Source: a virus. Taken from it: a stretch of DNA of 64,000 bases. This document shows positions 29,225 through 37,927 of the stretch, piece by piece. The translations under genes and the position numbers were made by a program. Position 1 is the first letter of the stretch; each line of letters starts with the position of its first letter. Below the pieces are notes generated by a model, which saw only the letters and a program-made list of their open reading frames with translations, was not told where the DNA came from and searched no databases. The stretch is taken from positions 32,001-96,000 of IMG/VR virus record IMGVR_UViG_3300030099_007635; one strand, 5' to 3'.

Positions 29225-30018
29225 TATCTAATTCTTATATCTTTTAATAGTTTGTCAATTAGAGCTTGATTGTTTGGATCGCTAAGCGGTCTAACCATGT
29301 GTGCGGTCCAATAAAAACCATTGTTAATTAGCTCGGCATTGTAGCCAAAACCGTCCCTAGACCTACATATTTTCTTTGATTGAAGATTTTCTGAAACCCA
29401 AGCCTCTTCTAAAAAATATACGTCAGGGCTATCAAAAACAAATGTTGAAATATAATCTTCATCTAATCCCCACCAATTGTTTCCTCTTCCTATCGAAGAA
29501 GCCCTTGGTAGCTGTGTTTTAATAGACCATACTTTATTTAATTCATCATGAAGGTCATTATCTATATTAAATACTTTTTTAAATGTAGATCCTTTTCCAG
29601 AATTTTGACCACTTCCTATGAGCTTCTCTGGGCCATATGGGTGTGGACCTAATCCAACCACAAACTTAGAATCATCTATCGGCTCTATCCTGTCCCATAA
29701 GGCGCTGGAAAGTGGAATTTCATCTATTCCAGATGTAAGACAAAAATCATTTGGGAAAAGATTTGCGATACCCCAATAAAGAGACCAAGTTACAGTCCAG
29801 TCTAGACTGGGGTTGCTTATAAATTCTTCATGCTTAGGCAATAGGTAAACCTCTCCAAAATTAAAATTAACCTCCTTTTCAAGTTCCTCTTGAGTCCCTG
29901 CAAAAAGTAGGGTGGGAATAAGTGGCGTTTTTTTTGAATAAACTTCCGAAACAATGTTCCACATCCCCGAGTAAAGCGGATTGGAATTTAAAGCAAAAAC
30001 TACTCTATCTAATTTCAT
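29224..30018 (-). CDS. Uncharacterised protein, possible GT-A glycosyltransferase; paralog of 18596..19423
   Basis: Shared motif blocks with the paralog. Confidence 0.5.
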   Translation of the reverse strand: MKLDRVVFALNSNPLYSGMWNIVSEVYSKKTPLIPTLLFAGTQEELEKEVNFNFGEVYLLPKHEEFISNPSLDWTVTWSLYWGIANLFPNDFCLTSGIDEIPLSSALWDRIEPIDDSKFVVGLGPHPYGPEKLIGSGQNSGKGSTFKKVFNIDNDLHDELNKVWSIKTQLPRASSIGRGNNWWGLDEDYISTFVFDSPDVYFLEEAWVSENLQSKKICRSRDGFGYNAELINNGFYWTAHMVRPLSDPNNQALIDKLLKDIRIR

Positions 30019-30662
30019 CTTAACATCTCTCCGTGTTCAGGGTGCAGGGGTTGGTTTTCGGCGTTGAATGCTTGCCCAACAAAGTTTGTTCCAACACGGG
30101 CAGAGGGAAACGGGTTAATTTCAAAAAATTCATCATGAATGCAGCAATCGTTGTTAATAATTGGATATATACGTTCTCTTAAAAAGTTTTGGTCTACCTG
30201 CCAAAAGTCACCCTTGTGGTATTTTTCAATGAGATTATCCATGTCTTTTAGAAGATCTCCTCTAACCCCCCACATGCCCCCAAGTATTTCTGTTTTGTGA
30301 AAGGGATGGTCTCTCATAATGTGAAAACTTTTTCCGCTAGAAAGCCACTGATCTACTGCTAATTTCTCCCTTTTGTCGAGCCTACAGTCAGTATCGCGTG
30401 ATATCATTACATCTACAGTGGGGTCGCTTGCTGGAGAAAATCTCCAAAACATGCCGTTCCAACTTCCCTCTTCGTTCATTTCAATCACTTTAGTGTTAGG
30501 TTGTTCTTTTAATTGTTCTTTAATTTCAAGAGGACAAGATTTGCCCACATAAAACCAACACTCCCATTCAGGGTAAATTTCTTGGGCAATCTTAGCATTA
30601 TTAACTGCACCTACTGTATAAACAGGGTCTGTCCCCCATAAACTAAAGCTTATAACTTTCAT
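30015..30662 (-). CDS. Putative GT-A fold glycosyltransferase
   Basis: VISFSLWG, WRF, ISRDTD (DxD), MRDHP, GGMWG, DQNFL. Confidence 0.6.
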   Translation of the reverse strand: MKVISFSLWGTDPVYTVGAVNNAKIAQEIYPEWECWFYVGKSCPLEIKEQLKEQPNTKVIEMNEEGSWNGMFWRFSPASDPTVDVMISRDTDCRLDKREKLAVDQWLSSGKSFHIMRDHPFHKTEILGGMWGVRGDLLKDMDNLIEKYHKGDFWQVDQNFLRERIYPIINNDCCIHDEFFEINPFPSARVGTNFVGQAFNAENQPLHPEHGEMLR

Positions 30663-31408
30663 TGGTATAAATTTTGAATTTCTCTATCTTCCTTTTGTGC
30701 TAACTGTAAATTTTCTACAGAAACAGAATCATCCCTGTGGTAGAAACAACCTATGATGTCTGGTATTTTTTTAAATTTAAATTTATTGGCAGAGAGATTT
30801 AGCCACATCTCATAATCTCCCGAAGAGGTGTATTTTTCTTTGAAGAATCCACATTTTTCTATAGCTTCTTTCCTTACCAGTGGAAATGGGCCACCAATAC
30901 AAAGTTTAAGTAGAGTTTCGTGTGAATAGTCGGGCCAATTTCTCATGCCTACGATATTATCAAAGCTTTGTGAGTTAATAACACAGCATGGACTATAAAA
31001 CAAATCTACTTTTGGATTTCTTAATATATATTCTGTATATGTTTGAAGAGCGGATGGATACAATAAGTCATCAGTATTCCAATTCATAACATAGTGACCA
31101 TTAGCTTCTCTTATCCCCATATTCCAAGCTGTATAGATACTAATTCTTTCTAGATTTTCTATAATGCTTACTTTTATTCCATCTCTAAAATCAAATTTTT
31201 GTATTATCTCTAGAGAGTTGTCGGTGGAATTAGCATCAATAAAAATAACTTCAAAGCTGTCCTCAAATTGATTATTGAGGGCATTTAAATATCCTTCTAA
31301 CCACTTAGAAGCATTATAAACAGAGCAAATAACAGAAATTTTAGGCCATTGTTGCCTCTTCCCAAAATTTCCGCGCTGCTCCTTCACAACCGTTTTTAAA
31401 GTTTTCAT
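30659..31408 (-). CDS. GT2 glycosyltransferase (start uncertain)
   Basis: KISVICSVYN, IDANSTD, AWNMGI, NTDD, GDYEMWL. Confidence 0.88.
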   Translation of the reverse strand: MKTLKTVVKEQRGNFGKRQQWPKISVICSVYNASKWLEGYLNALNNQFEDSFEVIFIDANSTDNSLEIIQKFDFRDGIKVSIIENLERISIYTAWNMGIREANGHYVMNWNTDDLLYPSALQTYTEYILRNPKVDLFYSPCCVINSQSFDNIVGMRNWPDYSHETLLKLCIGGPFPLVRKEAIEKCGFFKEKYTSSGDYEMWLNLSANKFKFKKIPDIIGCFYHRDDSVSVENLQLAQKEDREIQNLYQ

Positions 31409-32192
31409 ATCCTACTTTTTCAAATTCTAAATAAGAGCCTATTTTGGAACGGTCTCCAATTATTTCCTCTACTCCACATAAAAGAGCCTCTGCTATCATT
31501 CGGCAGAAAGGTTCATTTACAATTGGTGCGTGAAATACCGCTCGCGCTTGTTGAAATATCGAAGCTGTTTCGTGATGTTCACAAGACCCGTTAAATATAA
31601 TATTTTTTTCACCCTCAAAAAGACTGTGGGGGTTTCTATCTGACCAACCAAAAACATCCACCTTTCTGTCTGGGTTATTTCTTGCAAAGTTCAAAAGGTT
31701 ATTTAGTCCCTTAAGTGGGTGTAAATAGCCACAATAAACAACATCATATTTTTTTTTCTTCTCTTCTTTTTTGAAAATTTTTGTGTTGATAGGGTCGTAA
31801 ACTATCACGGCATTTTTGAAATAATCGCCATAAAGATCTTTAAAGAAAGAATAATGATAATCACTTAAAAAGAAATTCTTTTTTGAATTATTAAACAAGA
31901 TGCGCCTCTCCCCATTGGATAAATAAGAGCATGAATCGTGCTCAAGCCTAACAGAATTAGGAAGTCTCTCAATCATGTTGAGCTTAGCAGGGGAAGTTTT
32001 GCTGATTGCCTCTAGATTTGAGTTTACTACCAAATCATAAGACGTTAAAAAATCAACAATAGAAGAATTGTGATGATGCTCATCAATCTGATAACCTAGA
32101 CTTCTACCCTCTTCAATAATTAGAGAATTACTGACTTGTGCTCCACCTTGTCTTTGTTGAAGAGTAAAATCAGATATAAATAAAATTTTCAT
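31341..32192 (-). CDS. GT-B (GT4-like) glycosyltransferase
   Basis: GGAQ, G.LHPLKG, EPFCRMIAEALLCG. Confidence 0.88.
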   Translation of the reverse strand: MKILFISDFTLQQRQGGAQVSNSLIIEEGRSLGYQIDEHHHNSSIVDFLTSYDLVVNSNLEAISKTSPAKLNMIERLPNSVRLEHDSCSYLSNGERRILFNNSKKNFFLSDYHYSFFKDLYGDYFKNAVIVYDPINTKIFKKEEKKKKYDVVYCGYLHPLKGLNNLLNFARNNPDRKVDVFGWSDRNPHSLFEGEKNIIFNGSCEHHETASIFQQARAVFHAPIVNEPFCRMIAEALLCGVEEIIGDRSKIGSYLEFEKVGYENFKNGCEGAARKFWEEATMA

Positions 32193-32223
32193 ACCTTGCT
32201 AACGGTATGATTATATCCAGAAA

Positions 32224-32640
32224 TTACTCTTCTTCCAGTGCTGGAGGGTGAAAGGTTTGTTCTCCTTCTTTGTCTGCAATATTAGCTAGAAGTAAATCTG
32301 TGCGAGCAGAGGTAAAATCCAAATCACTAAAATCCCAAAATGGATCTGCTTCCTCTTGCTCATATGTTCTATCGGTCCCCTTAACAATGTCTATATCGTG
32401 AAATAAATAGTTTTTTTTGACCTCTCTGTCGGCAGATAATCTCAAAAACATATTTACCCTAGCCATGGCGCATTGGGCCTTGGTTTTTAGTGGTTGCCAA
32501 TTAAAATCAGTAGCCTTTTCTCCTCTCTTATAAACGCGGATTAATTGATCTAGGGTGACTGATGATTCGTGCCTTTGATTAAAAATCAGAACCTTGCTTA
32601 TAAGGCACTTATAGATTTTTTCCGAAAAAGTAAGGTTCAT
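32224..32640 (-). CDS. Hypothetical protein; divergent copy of one module of 1906..3189
   Basis: VTLDQLIRVYKRG..CAMARVNMFL versus VTLSQLKKVYRRG..WAMARVNMFL. Confidence 0.7.
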   Translation of the reverse strand: MNLTFSEKIYKCLISKVLIFNQRHESSVTLDQLIRVYKRGEKATDFNWQPLKTKAQCAMARVNMFLRLSADREVKKNYLFHDIDIVKGTDRTYEQEEADPFWDFSDLDFTSARTDLLLANIADKEGEQTFHPPALEEE

Positions 32641-32678
32641 TATAAAAAAATTACACTTTTAATTATTAAAAATGAATC

Positions 32679-34325
32679 TTAACCCTCGCATGAAGAACAG
32701 TTAAGAATTGATCTGGCTAACTCCTGACTTGGATTAGCACTTCTCTGATAATAAAAGCTTTTAATTCCTTGTTCCCATCCGAAAATCAAAAGTTCACTGA
32801 CTTGTTTGGGCGGGCATTTCGGAGCTACCATGATATTTAGGCTTTGGCCTTGGTCAATATACTTCTGGCGCTGCGAGGCTTGAATTACAATTTCTTTTTG
32901 GGAGATTTCTCCAAAGGTCTTAAATACGTCTTTTTCTTCTTGAGTAAGAAAATCTAGATGCTGCACTGATCCTCCTTTTTGTAAAATTGATTTCCAAGTT
33001 GTCTGTGTATTCTTTTTCTTCTGCTCTAGAAGGCTTTCTAAATGTGGATTTTTATAAGTAAATTTACCTTTAGCTAAATCCTTGGTAAAGTAGTTGCTGT
33101 TTAGAGGCTCAATAGAGGGGGAAATCTGACCTAAAATAAAGGAACTAGAAGTCGTAGGAGCAATTGCCATAGTGGTCATATTGCGGCGACCATAACCCTG
33201 AAGATGTTCGGGTTCCCCCAACAGAACAGCAAGCTCCTTGGTGGCTTCTTCACAGTTTTGTTTAATTTTTTTATGAATTTCACTGTTCAAAAATTTAGCC
33301 TCCATGCTTTCAAAGGCTATCATTTGCTGTTGCAAAAATGAATGCCACCCCAAAACCCCAACCCCCAAGGCTCTTTGTTTTTTGGCAAAGTTGTGGGACG
33401 CTTGCATGAATGGAATCTCTTTTGTCTTCTTGATGTATTCCTCCATTACAGCATCTAAAAAATAAACCAGAGTCTGAACGGCATCCGTTTCCTTAATTTC
33501 GTTCCATTTAGCTAAGTTTAGAGAAGAAAGGCAGCAAACAAATGATTCATCTTGAGAGGAGTGTAAGAATATTTCGCTACATAAATTAGAAGCACTAATT
33601 TTTAATTTATTGTCCTTATATGCTTTTGGGGCTTTTTTGTTCGCTGTATCTGTAAAGAAAAGATAGGGATATCCTGTTTCAAATCTTTTTCTTATAATCG
33701 AGGCCCAAGTTAATCTTTTCTTTCGATCTCCTTCTATGAGGGAGCGCATCCATTCGTCACTAATACAAACACCAAATGACATCTCTTGAATTGGATTTCC
33801 CTCGCTTCTTATTCTTAAAAACTCGTTTATGTCGGGATGTTCTACGGGGAGATATGCGGCAAAAGAACCCCTTCTTACGTTGCTTTGAGAAACAACAGAA
33901 GAAACTTTATCAAAAAGTTCCATGAAATGGACTGGACCGCTGGATGTTCCTCCTGCTGAAATTTCAGCGCCTCTACTTCTAAGGTCACCAAAATAGGCAG
34001 AGGTTCCCGCTCCATGTTTGGTTTGCATTCCCACTTCAGCTTGTTTTTCCAAAATCGCATCCATGCGATCCTCTATAAAGACTCCATTGCATGAAATTGG
34101 CAAGCCTCTTTCTCTTCCGAAGTTGGCCCATATTGGGCTGGCTAAAGAATAAAACCCTTGAGCCAAGTAGCTCTCAAATTTCTCAGCGAATCCCTTTACT
34201 TTTAAATATTTTTCTGCCGCTACAGCAATATCATGACCTCTTTGTTCGGCAGATTCTCCTGTTTGTAAATAACCACGCTTTAGAAAATCGCGAGAGTCCT
34301 TGTTTAGCCATTTATATTTTTTCAT
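32679..34325 (-). CDS. nrdA: Class I ribonucleotide reductase alpha subunit, no ATP cone
   Basis: PISC, SNLCSEI, CCLSSLN, APTTSSS, DQGQSLN, YYQR, C-terminal CSSC. Confidence 0.95.
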   Translation of the reverse strand: MKKYKWLNKDSRDFLKRGYLQTGESAEQRGHDIAVAAEKYLKVKGFAEKFESYLAQGFYSLASPIWANFGRERGLPISCNGVFIEDRMDAILEKQAEVGMQTKHGAGTSAYFGDLRSRGAEISAGGTSSGPVHFMELFDKVSSVVSQSNVRRGSFAAYLPVEHPDINEFLRIRSEGNPIQEMSFGVCISDEWMRSLIEGDRKKRLTWASIIRKRFETGYPYLFFTDTANKKAPKAYKDNKLKISASNLCSEIFLHSSQDESFVCCLSSLNLAKWNEIKETDAVQTLVYFLDAVMEEYIKKTKEIPFMQASHNFAKKQRALGVGVLGWHSFLQQQMIAFESMEAKFLNSEIHKKIKQNCEEATKELAVLLGEPEHLQGYGRRNMTTMAIAPTTSSSFILGQISPSIEPLNSNYFTKDLAKGKFTYKNPHLESLLEQKKKNTQTTWKSILQKGGSVQHLDFLTQEEKDVFKTFGEISQKEIVIQASQRQKYIDQGQSLNIMVAPKCPPKQVSELLIFGWEQGIKSFYYQRSANPSQELARSILNCSSCEG

Positions 34326-35296
34326 TAAAAGAGGTCGTCAGCGTCAAATGTTTGAGAATTTTTGGAATATTCCACAGGGCGAGAATGGAAGAAGTCGGTA
34401 GCATTATTTCCAAGCAACTCCTCCTCAAACCACATTGTATCTTCCAACAAAGAAGTGTCAACATCAAACGCTGAAGCAAAGCCAATTTTTTCCAGAGAAT
34501 CATTAATTCTATTTTTAATAAACTCTTTTAAGATGTTGGCGTTGAGACCTTTTTCATTAAATCCGTTTACCATCCAGTCTACGAGGTGACTTTCCGCTAC
34601 AAAAGCAGCTTTAGCTTCGCTAGCAATTCTTTCCTCTAGCTCATCATCAAAAAGCTCTGGATGTTCGCTTCGGATGGTGTTGATAATTTTGATTCCCGCA
34701 AGAGCGTGAATGTTTTCTTCGTTTCTGGTATATTTGACCTGCTGACCAGTATCCTTAAGAACATTGCGATAACGATTAAACCAATTAATCACATAGAACT
34801 GACTAAACAAAGAAACATTTTCCACAAACAAAGTAAAAAGAGTGAGTGCATACACATACTGCTTCTTAGAATCCTTGTAAAACTTGTGATTATACTTGCG
34901 AAGATATTTAACCCTGCCTTCGATGAAATCGAGCTTTAGATTTTCCTCAAAAACATCTTCTAGTCCCAGGACTTTTAGGAGTCTCTCATAAGCATTATTG
35001 TGAATAACCTCAACGTTTGCCATTACATACCCGAGATCAGTTAAGCTTGGGTGGGGAAGATTATCTCCCAGTTTGCTCCAAAACTTTTTAACAGCTACCT
35101 CAATCTGGCCAATAGCCGAAAGAGTGCGTATAATCATCTCTTTCTCATCTTCGTTTAAATGGACATTAAAGTCCTGAATATCACTACTGAAGCTAAATTC
35201 TTTGTCGGTCCAAAAACCGTTATGCATTGCCTCTATAAACTCCTGCGCCCATGGATAATGATCGGGCTTCCTAGATACTTGTTCTTCAAAAATCAT
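34325..35296 (-). CDS. nrdB: Class I ribonucleotide reductase beta subunit
   Basis: FWTDKE, EVIHNNAY, ENVSLFSQF, EENIH, DFF..RPVEY. Confidence 0.95.
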   Translation of the reverse strand: MIFEEQVSRKPDHYPWAQEFIEAMHNGFWTDKEFSFSSDIQDFNVHLNEDEKEMIIRTLSAIGQIEVAVKKFWSKLGDNLPHPSLTDLGYVMANVEVIHNNAYERLLKVLGLEDVFEENLKLDFIEGRVKYLRKYNHKFYKDSKKQYVYALTLFTLFVENVSLFSQFYVINWFNRYRNVLKDTGQQVKYTRNEENIHALAGIKIINTIRSEHPELFDDELEERIASEAKAAFVAESHLVDWMVNGFNEKGLNANILKEFIKNRINDSLEKIGFASAFDVDTSLLEDTMWFEEELLGNNATDFFHSRPVEYSKNSQTFDADDLF

Positions 35297-35308
35297 GACT
35301 AATCAATT

Positions 35309-35393
35309 TTACACTTATGTCATACAGAGGGCAATGTCAATCGGAAAATTTCCGAAAAATTTAATTTGACAGAATTACTTTGAGTCGTATAAT
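35309..35393. promoter_or_regulatory. Divergent promoter region with a central palindrome
   Basis: Plus strand TTGACA(35366)-16-TATAAT(35388); minus strand TTGACA at 35340-35335 and GTGTAA at 35314-35309; near-palindrome TCGGAAAATTTCCGA at 35341-35355. Confidence 0.75.
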
Positions 35394-35551
35394 AACCGTG
35401 AAACGGGACAACGCTTCTTCTTACTTTAACGTAATAGAATAAGTAAACGTTTTCTGTAACGTTAAACGTTATATAAATATATTATAAATATCAAAAATTG
35501 GAAATTTCAGTTTTTGTGGAAAAAGGAAATACATCAAATAGAATTAGGGAA

Positions 35552-36124
35552 GTGCAAAGCGACTTAACCCTAATCTCCAAAATACAGGACGGCAATGATC
35601 AAGAAAGCCTTTTAGAGCTTATTGACAGGCATTCGGGTATATTTCATTCTATGGTGAACCATTTTATGTCTCACCCTCAAAACACATTAGACAAAAGCTA
35701 CATAGTTAGTGAGAAAGATTCCACCATTTATCACTCAGCGCTAAATTACGATCCCGATAGAAATACAAAATTTTCTACTCATTTAGCAAATCAGACAAAG
35801 TGGAAGTGTCTAAATGTTCTCAATAAAAAGAAAAAAAATAAAGAAGTTTTTATTGATGATGACTGCACTTATATAGAGCCTTCTTGCGACAGCTTTATCT
35901 ACGACATAAACAAAGAAGAGGCTCTTTCTGTGTTTGAAAAATGCCTTCAAAAAGAAAAAGACCAAAGGGTTAAAAAAATAGTTGACATGCGTTACGGGAC
36001 GGATAATAATAAGCTCACACCTTGGAGGTTTATAGCGAAAGAACTCAATATGAGTATTCAAGGATGTATCAACATTCACAATCGTTTTATTAATAAAGTA
36101 AAAAAAGAAGGAAATTATGTATAA
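35552..36124 (+). CDS. Phage sigma70-family sigma factor
   Basis: SALNYDPDRNTKFSTHL (region 2) and MRYG..TPWRFIAKELNMS (region 4 HTH); GTG 35552 preferred over TTG 35498. Confidence 0.85.
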   Translation: MQSDLTLISKIQDGNDQESLLELIDRHSGIFHSMVNHFMSHPQNTLDKSYIVSEKDSTIYHSALNYDPDRNTKFSTHLANQTKWKCLNVLNKKKKNKEVFIDDDCTYIEPSCDSFIYDINKEEALSVFEKCLQKEKDQRVKKIVDMRYGTDNNKLTPWRFIAKELNMSIQGCINIHNRFINKVKKEGNYV

Positions 36125-36479
36125 CTCAATCACAGCAGCCGCATATTTAGTAAAAGACCCTGAGGTTCGCACGACAACCACTGGTAAAAAAGTAGCCACT
36201 CTTCGTGCGGGAATTTCAACAGCCAACGCAAAAACAAAATGTTTTATTGACGTTGAATACTGGGACAAGACTGCTGAAATTGCAGAAAAATATCTCACCA
36301 AAGGCAGGGAGTTTGTTGTTCAAGGAGAACTTTGCATGTCTAGCTGGGAGAAAGATGGAAAAAACTTCAGCAAATATCACATCCGTGGAAAGGATCTTCA
36401 ATTCCTTAGCTCCAACAAAAAGCAGGACTCATCAGATGATTCTGGAGAAGGTTCTGGTGGAGATGACGTTCCCTTTTAA
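36117..36479 (+). CDS. ssb: Single-stranded DNA-binding protein
   Basis: LVKDPEVR, WDKTAE..YLTKG, VQGEL, acidic tail DDVPF. Confidence 0.95.
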   Translation: MYNSITAAAYLVKDPEVRTTTTGKKVATLRAGISTANAKTKCFIDVEYWDKTAEIAEKYLTKGREFVVQGELCMSSWEKDGKNFSKYHIRGKDLQFLSSNKKQDSSDDSGEGSGGDDVPF

Positions 36480-37558
36480 TGAAACTTTTAGTAGAAGCAC
36501 CCCTAAATAGGCTAAGCCTCGGGAATGTCTCTTATAACTTTATAAGAGAGTTGTTTAAACGAGAGGTAGAAATAGGTATTTTCCCCACGGGAGATACAGA
36601 TCTGAGTGCCTATAAGCATTCACCTGAATTCCAGTCTTATCTTGAAACTGCGATAAATAACAGGTTAGACTTTCTTAAGGCCGATATTCCTAGCTTAAAA
36701 GTTTGGCATATCAATGGTAGTGAAAACCGTAAAAACAAAGATCAATATCTTTATTCATTTTACGAATGCAATCAACCTACAGTTGAAGAGATTAAAATTT
36801 GTGGTGCTCAAGATAAAGTGTTTTTTAGCTCCAGCTATGCAACCAAACACTTTAAATCCTCAGGGTTGACTAATGTAGAGCATATTCCTCTGGGATTAGA
36901 TGAGGACTTCAAGGTTACAGGAAAGTCTTACTTAAAAGATGTAATTCACTTTGGTTTAATGGGTAAATGGGAAAAAAGAAAGCACACCCAAAAAATTATC
37001 CAGACATGGCTTAAAAAATATGGCAATAACCCAAAATATCTTTTAACGTGTTGTGTTACTAATCCCTTTTTTAAGCCCGAAGAAATGCAATCCATGGTCA
37101 ATGCAACACTTGGAGGGCAAAATTACAGCAATATTAATTTCCTTCCTCCATTAGCGACAAACGCAGAGGTCAACGAGTTGCTCAACTCAATTGATATTGA
37201 TTTAACGGGCTTGTCGGGTGGAGAAGGATGGAATCTACCATCATTTAATTCAACTTGTTTAGGTAAGTGGAGCGTAGTTCTAAACGTAACCTCTCACAAA
37301 GACTGGGCAACAAAAGACAACTCTATTTTAGTTGAATCTTCGGGACAAATTGATGCTGCTGATGGAGTTTTCTTCCAAAAAAATAAACCATTCAATCAGG
37401 GAACATTTTATACTTGGGAGGAAGAAGCTGCTATTGAGGCCATGGAAAAAGCAGAAGCTAAAGCTGGACAAATAAACACAGAGGGACAAAAGTTATCGGA
37501 CAAGTTTACCTATTCGAATACTGTTGATTCCATTTTAAACTGTATTTATAGGAGTTGA
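36479..37558 (+). CDS. GT-B (GT4-like) glycosyltransferase
   Basis: GKWEKRK, SGGEGWNLP. Confidence 0.82.
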   Translation: MKLLVEAPLNRLSLGNVSYNFIRELFKREVEIGIFPTGDTDLSAYKHSPEFQSYLETAINNRLDFLKADIPSLKVWHINGSENRKNKDQYLYSFYECNQPTVEEIKICGAQDKVFFSSSYATKHFKSSGLTNVEHIPLGLDEDFKVTGKSYLKDVIHFGLMGKWEKRKHTQKIIQTWLKKYGNNPKYLLTCCVTNPFFKPEEMQSMVNATLGGQNYSNINFLPPLATNAEVNELLNSIDIDLTGLSGGEGWNLPSFNSTCLGKWSVVLNVTSHKDWATKDNSILVESSGQIDAADGVFFQKNKPFNQGTFYTWEEEAAIEAMEKAEAKAGQINTEGQKLSDKFTYSNTVDSILNCIYRS

Positions 37559-37583
37559 AGAATGGCTTGTTTGTTGCTATAAT
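37555..37583 (+). promoter_or_regulatory. Overlapping sigma54-like (-24/-12) and sigma70-like promoters for hsp20
   Basis: TGGCTT-N5-TTGCT at 37563-37578; TTGAAG-17-TATAAT at 37555-37583. Confidence 0.55.
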
Positions 37584-37591
37584 ATAGGTAT

Positions 37592-37927
37592 ATGAATACT
37601 TTACTTAATTCTCTTTTTAATAATTTAAATGATCTCTCACCAAGAGATCTTATGATCAAACAAAAATCCTGTGTTTCTGACACTGGAGATGTCTATATGG
37701 CTGAAGTAGAATTAGCTGGCTTTGCAAAAAAAGATATCTCGATTCAGGTAACTGATGGAGTTGTTGAGCTTAGCGCAAAAAATAAGGATCGCTCTCAGAA
37801 ATTTAAATTACATTTAAATGATTTGGTGGCAGAAGATCACATCTCAGCGGAAATTAAAAATGGCTTACTTAAATTGACATTGCCTAAGAAAAGCGTTTCG
37901 GAGGCAAGGCAAATTGAAATCAAGTAA
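37592..37927 (+). CDS. Small heat-shock protein (Hsp20)
   Basis: ELAGFAKKDISI, ISAEIKNGLLKLTLPK, C-terminal IEI. Confidence 0.92.
   Translation: MNTLLNSLFNNLNDLSPRDLMIKQKSCVSDTGDVYMAEVELAGFAKKDISIQVTDGVVELSAKNKDRSQKFKLHLNDLVAEDHISAEIKNGLLKLTLPKKSVSEARQIEIK

Noticed and set aside
16640-32192. Glycan cluster as chimeric bacterial DNA
   Set aside because: It overlaps phage genes seamlessly on the same strand (junction at 16640), has similar composition by eye, and further GTs occur among core phage genes; read mapping would still be the definitive test
7049-35296. Inteins or introns in dnaE, dnaB, recA and nrdAB
   Set aside because: Proteins are normal or short in length, with no intein terminal or LAGLIDADG motifs seen
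35472-35490. T4-type late promoters implying a T4-like phage
   Set aside because: TATAAATA occurs in a pure AT tract; the virion and replication genes are not T4-like, and structural genes use GTGTA instead
35810-36510. 163-aa minus and 101-aa plus ORFs over sigma/ssb
   Set aside because: They overlap confidently identified genes and have no recognisable features
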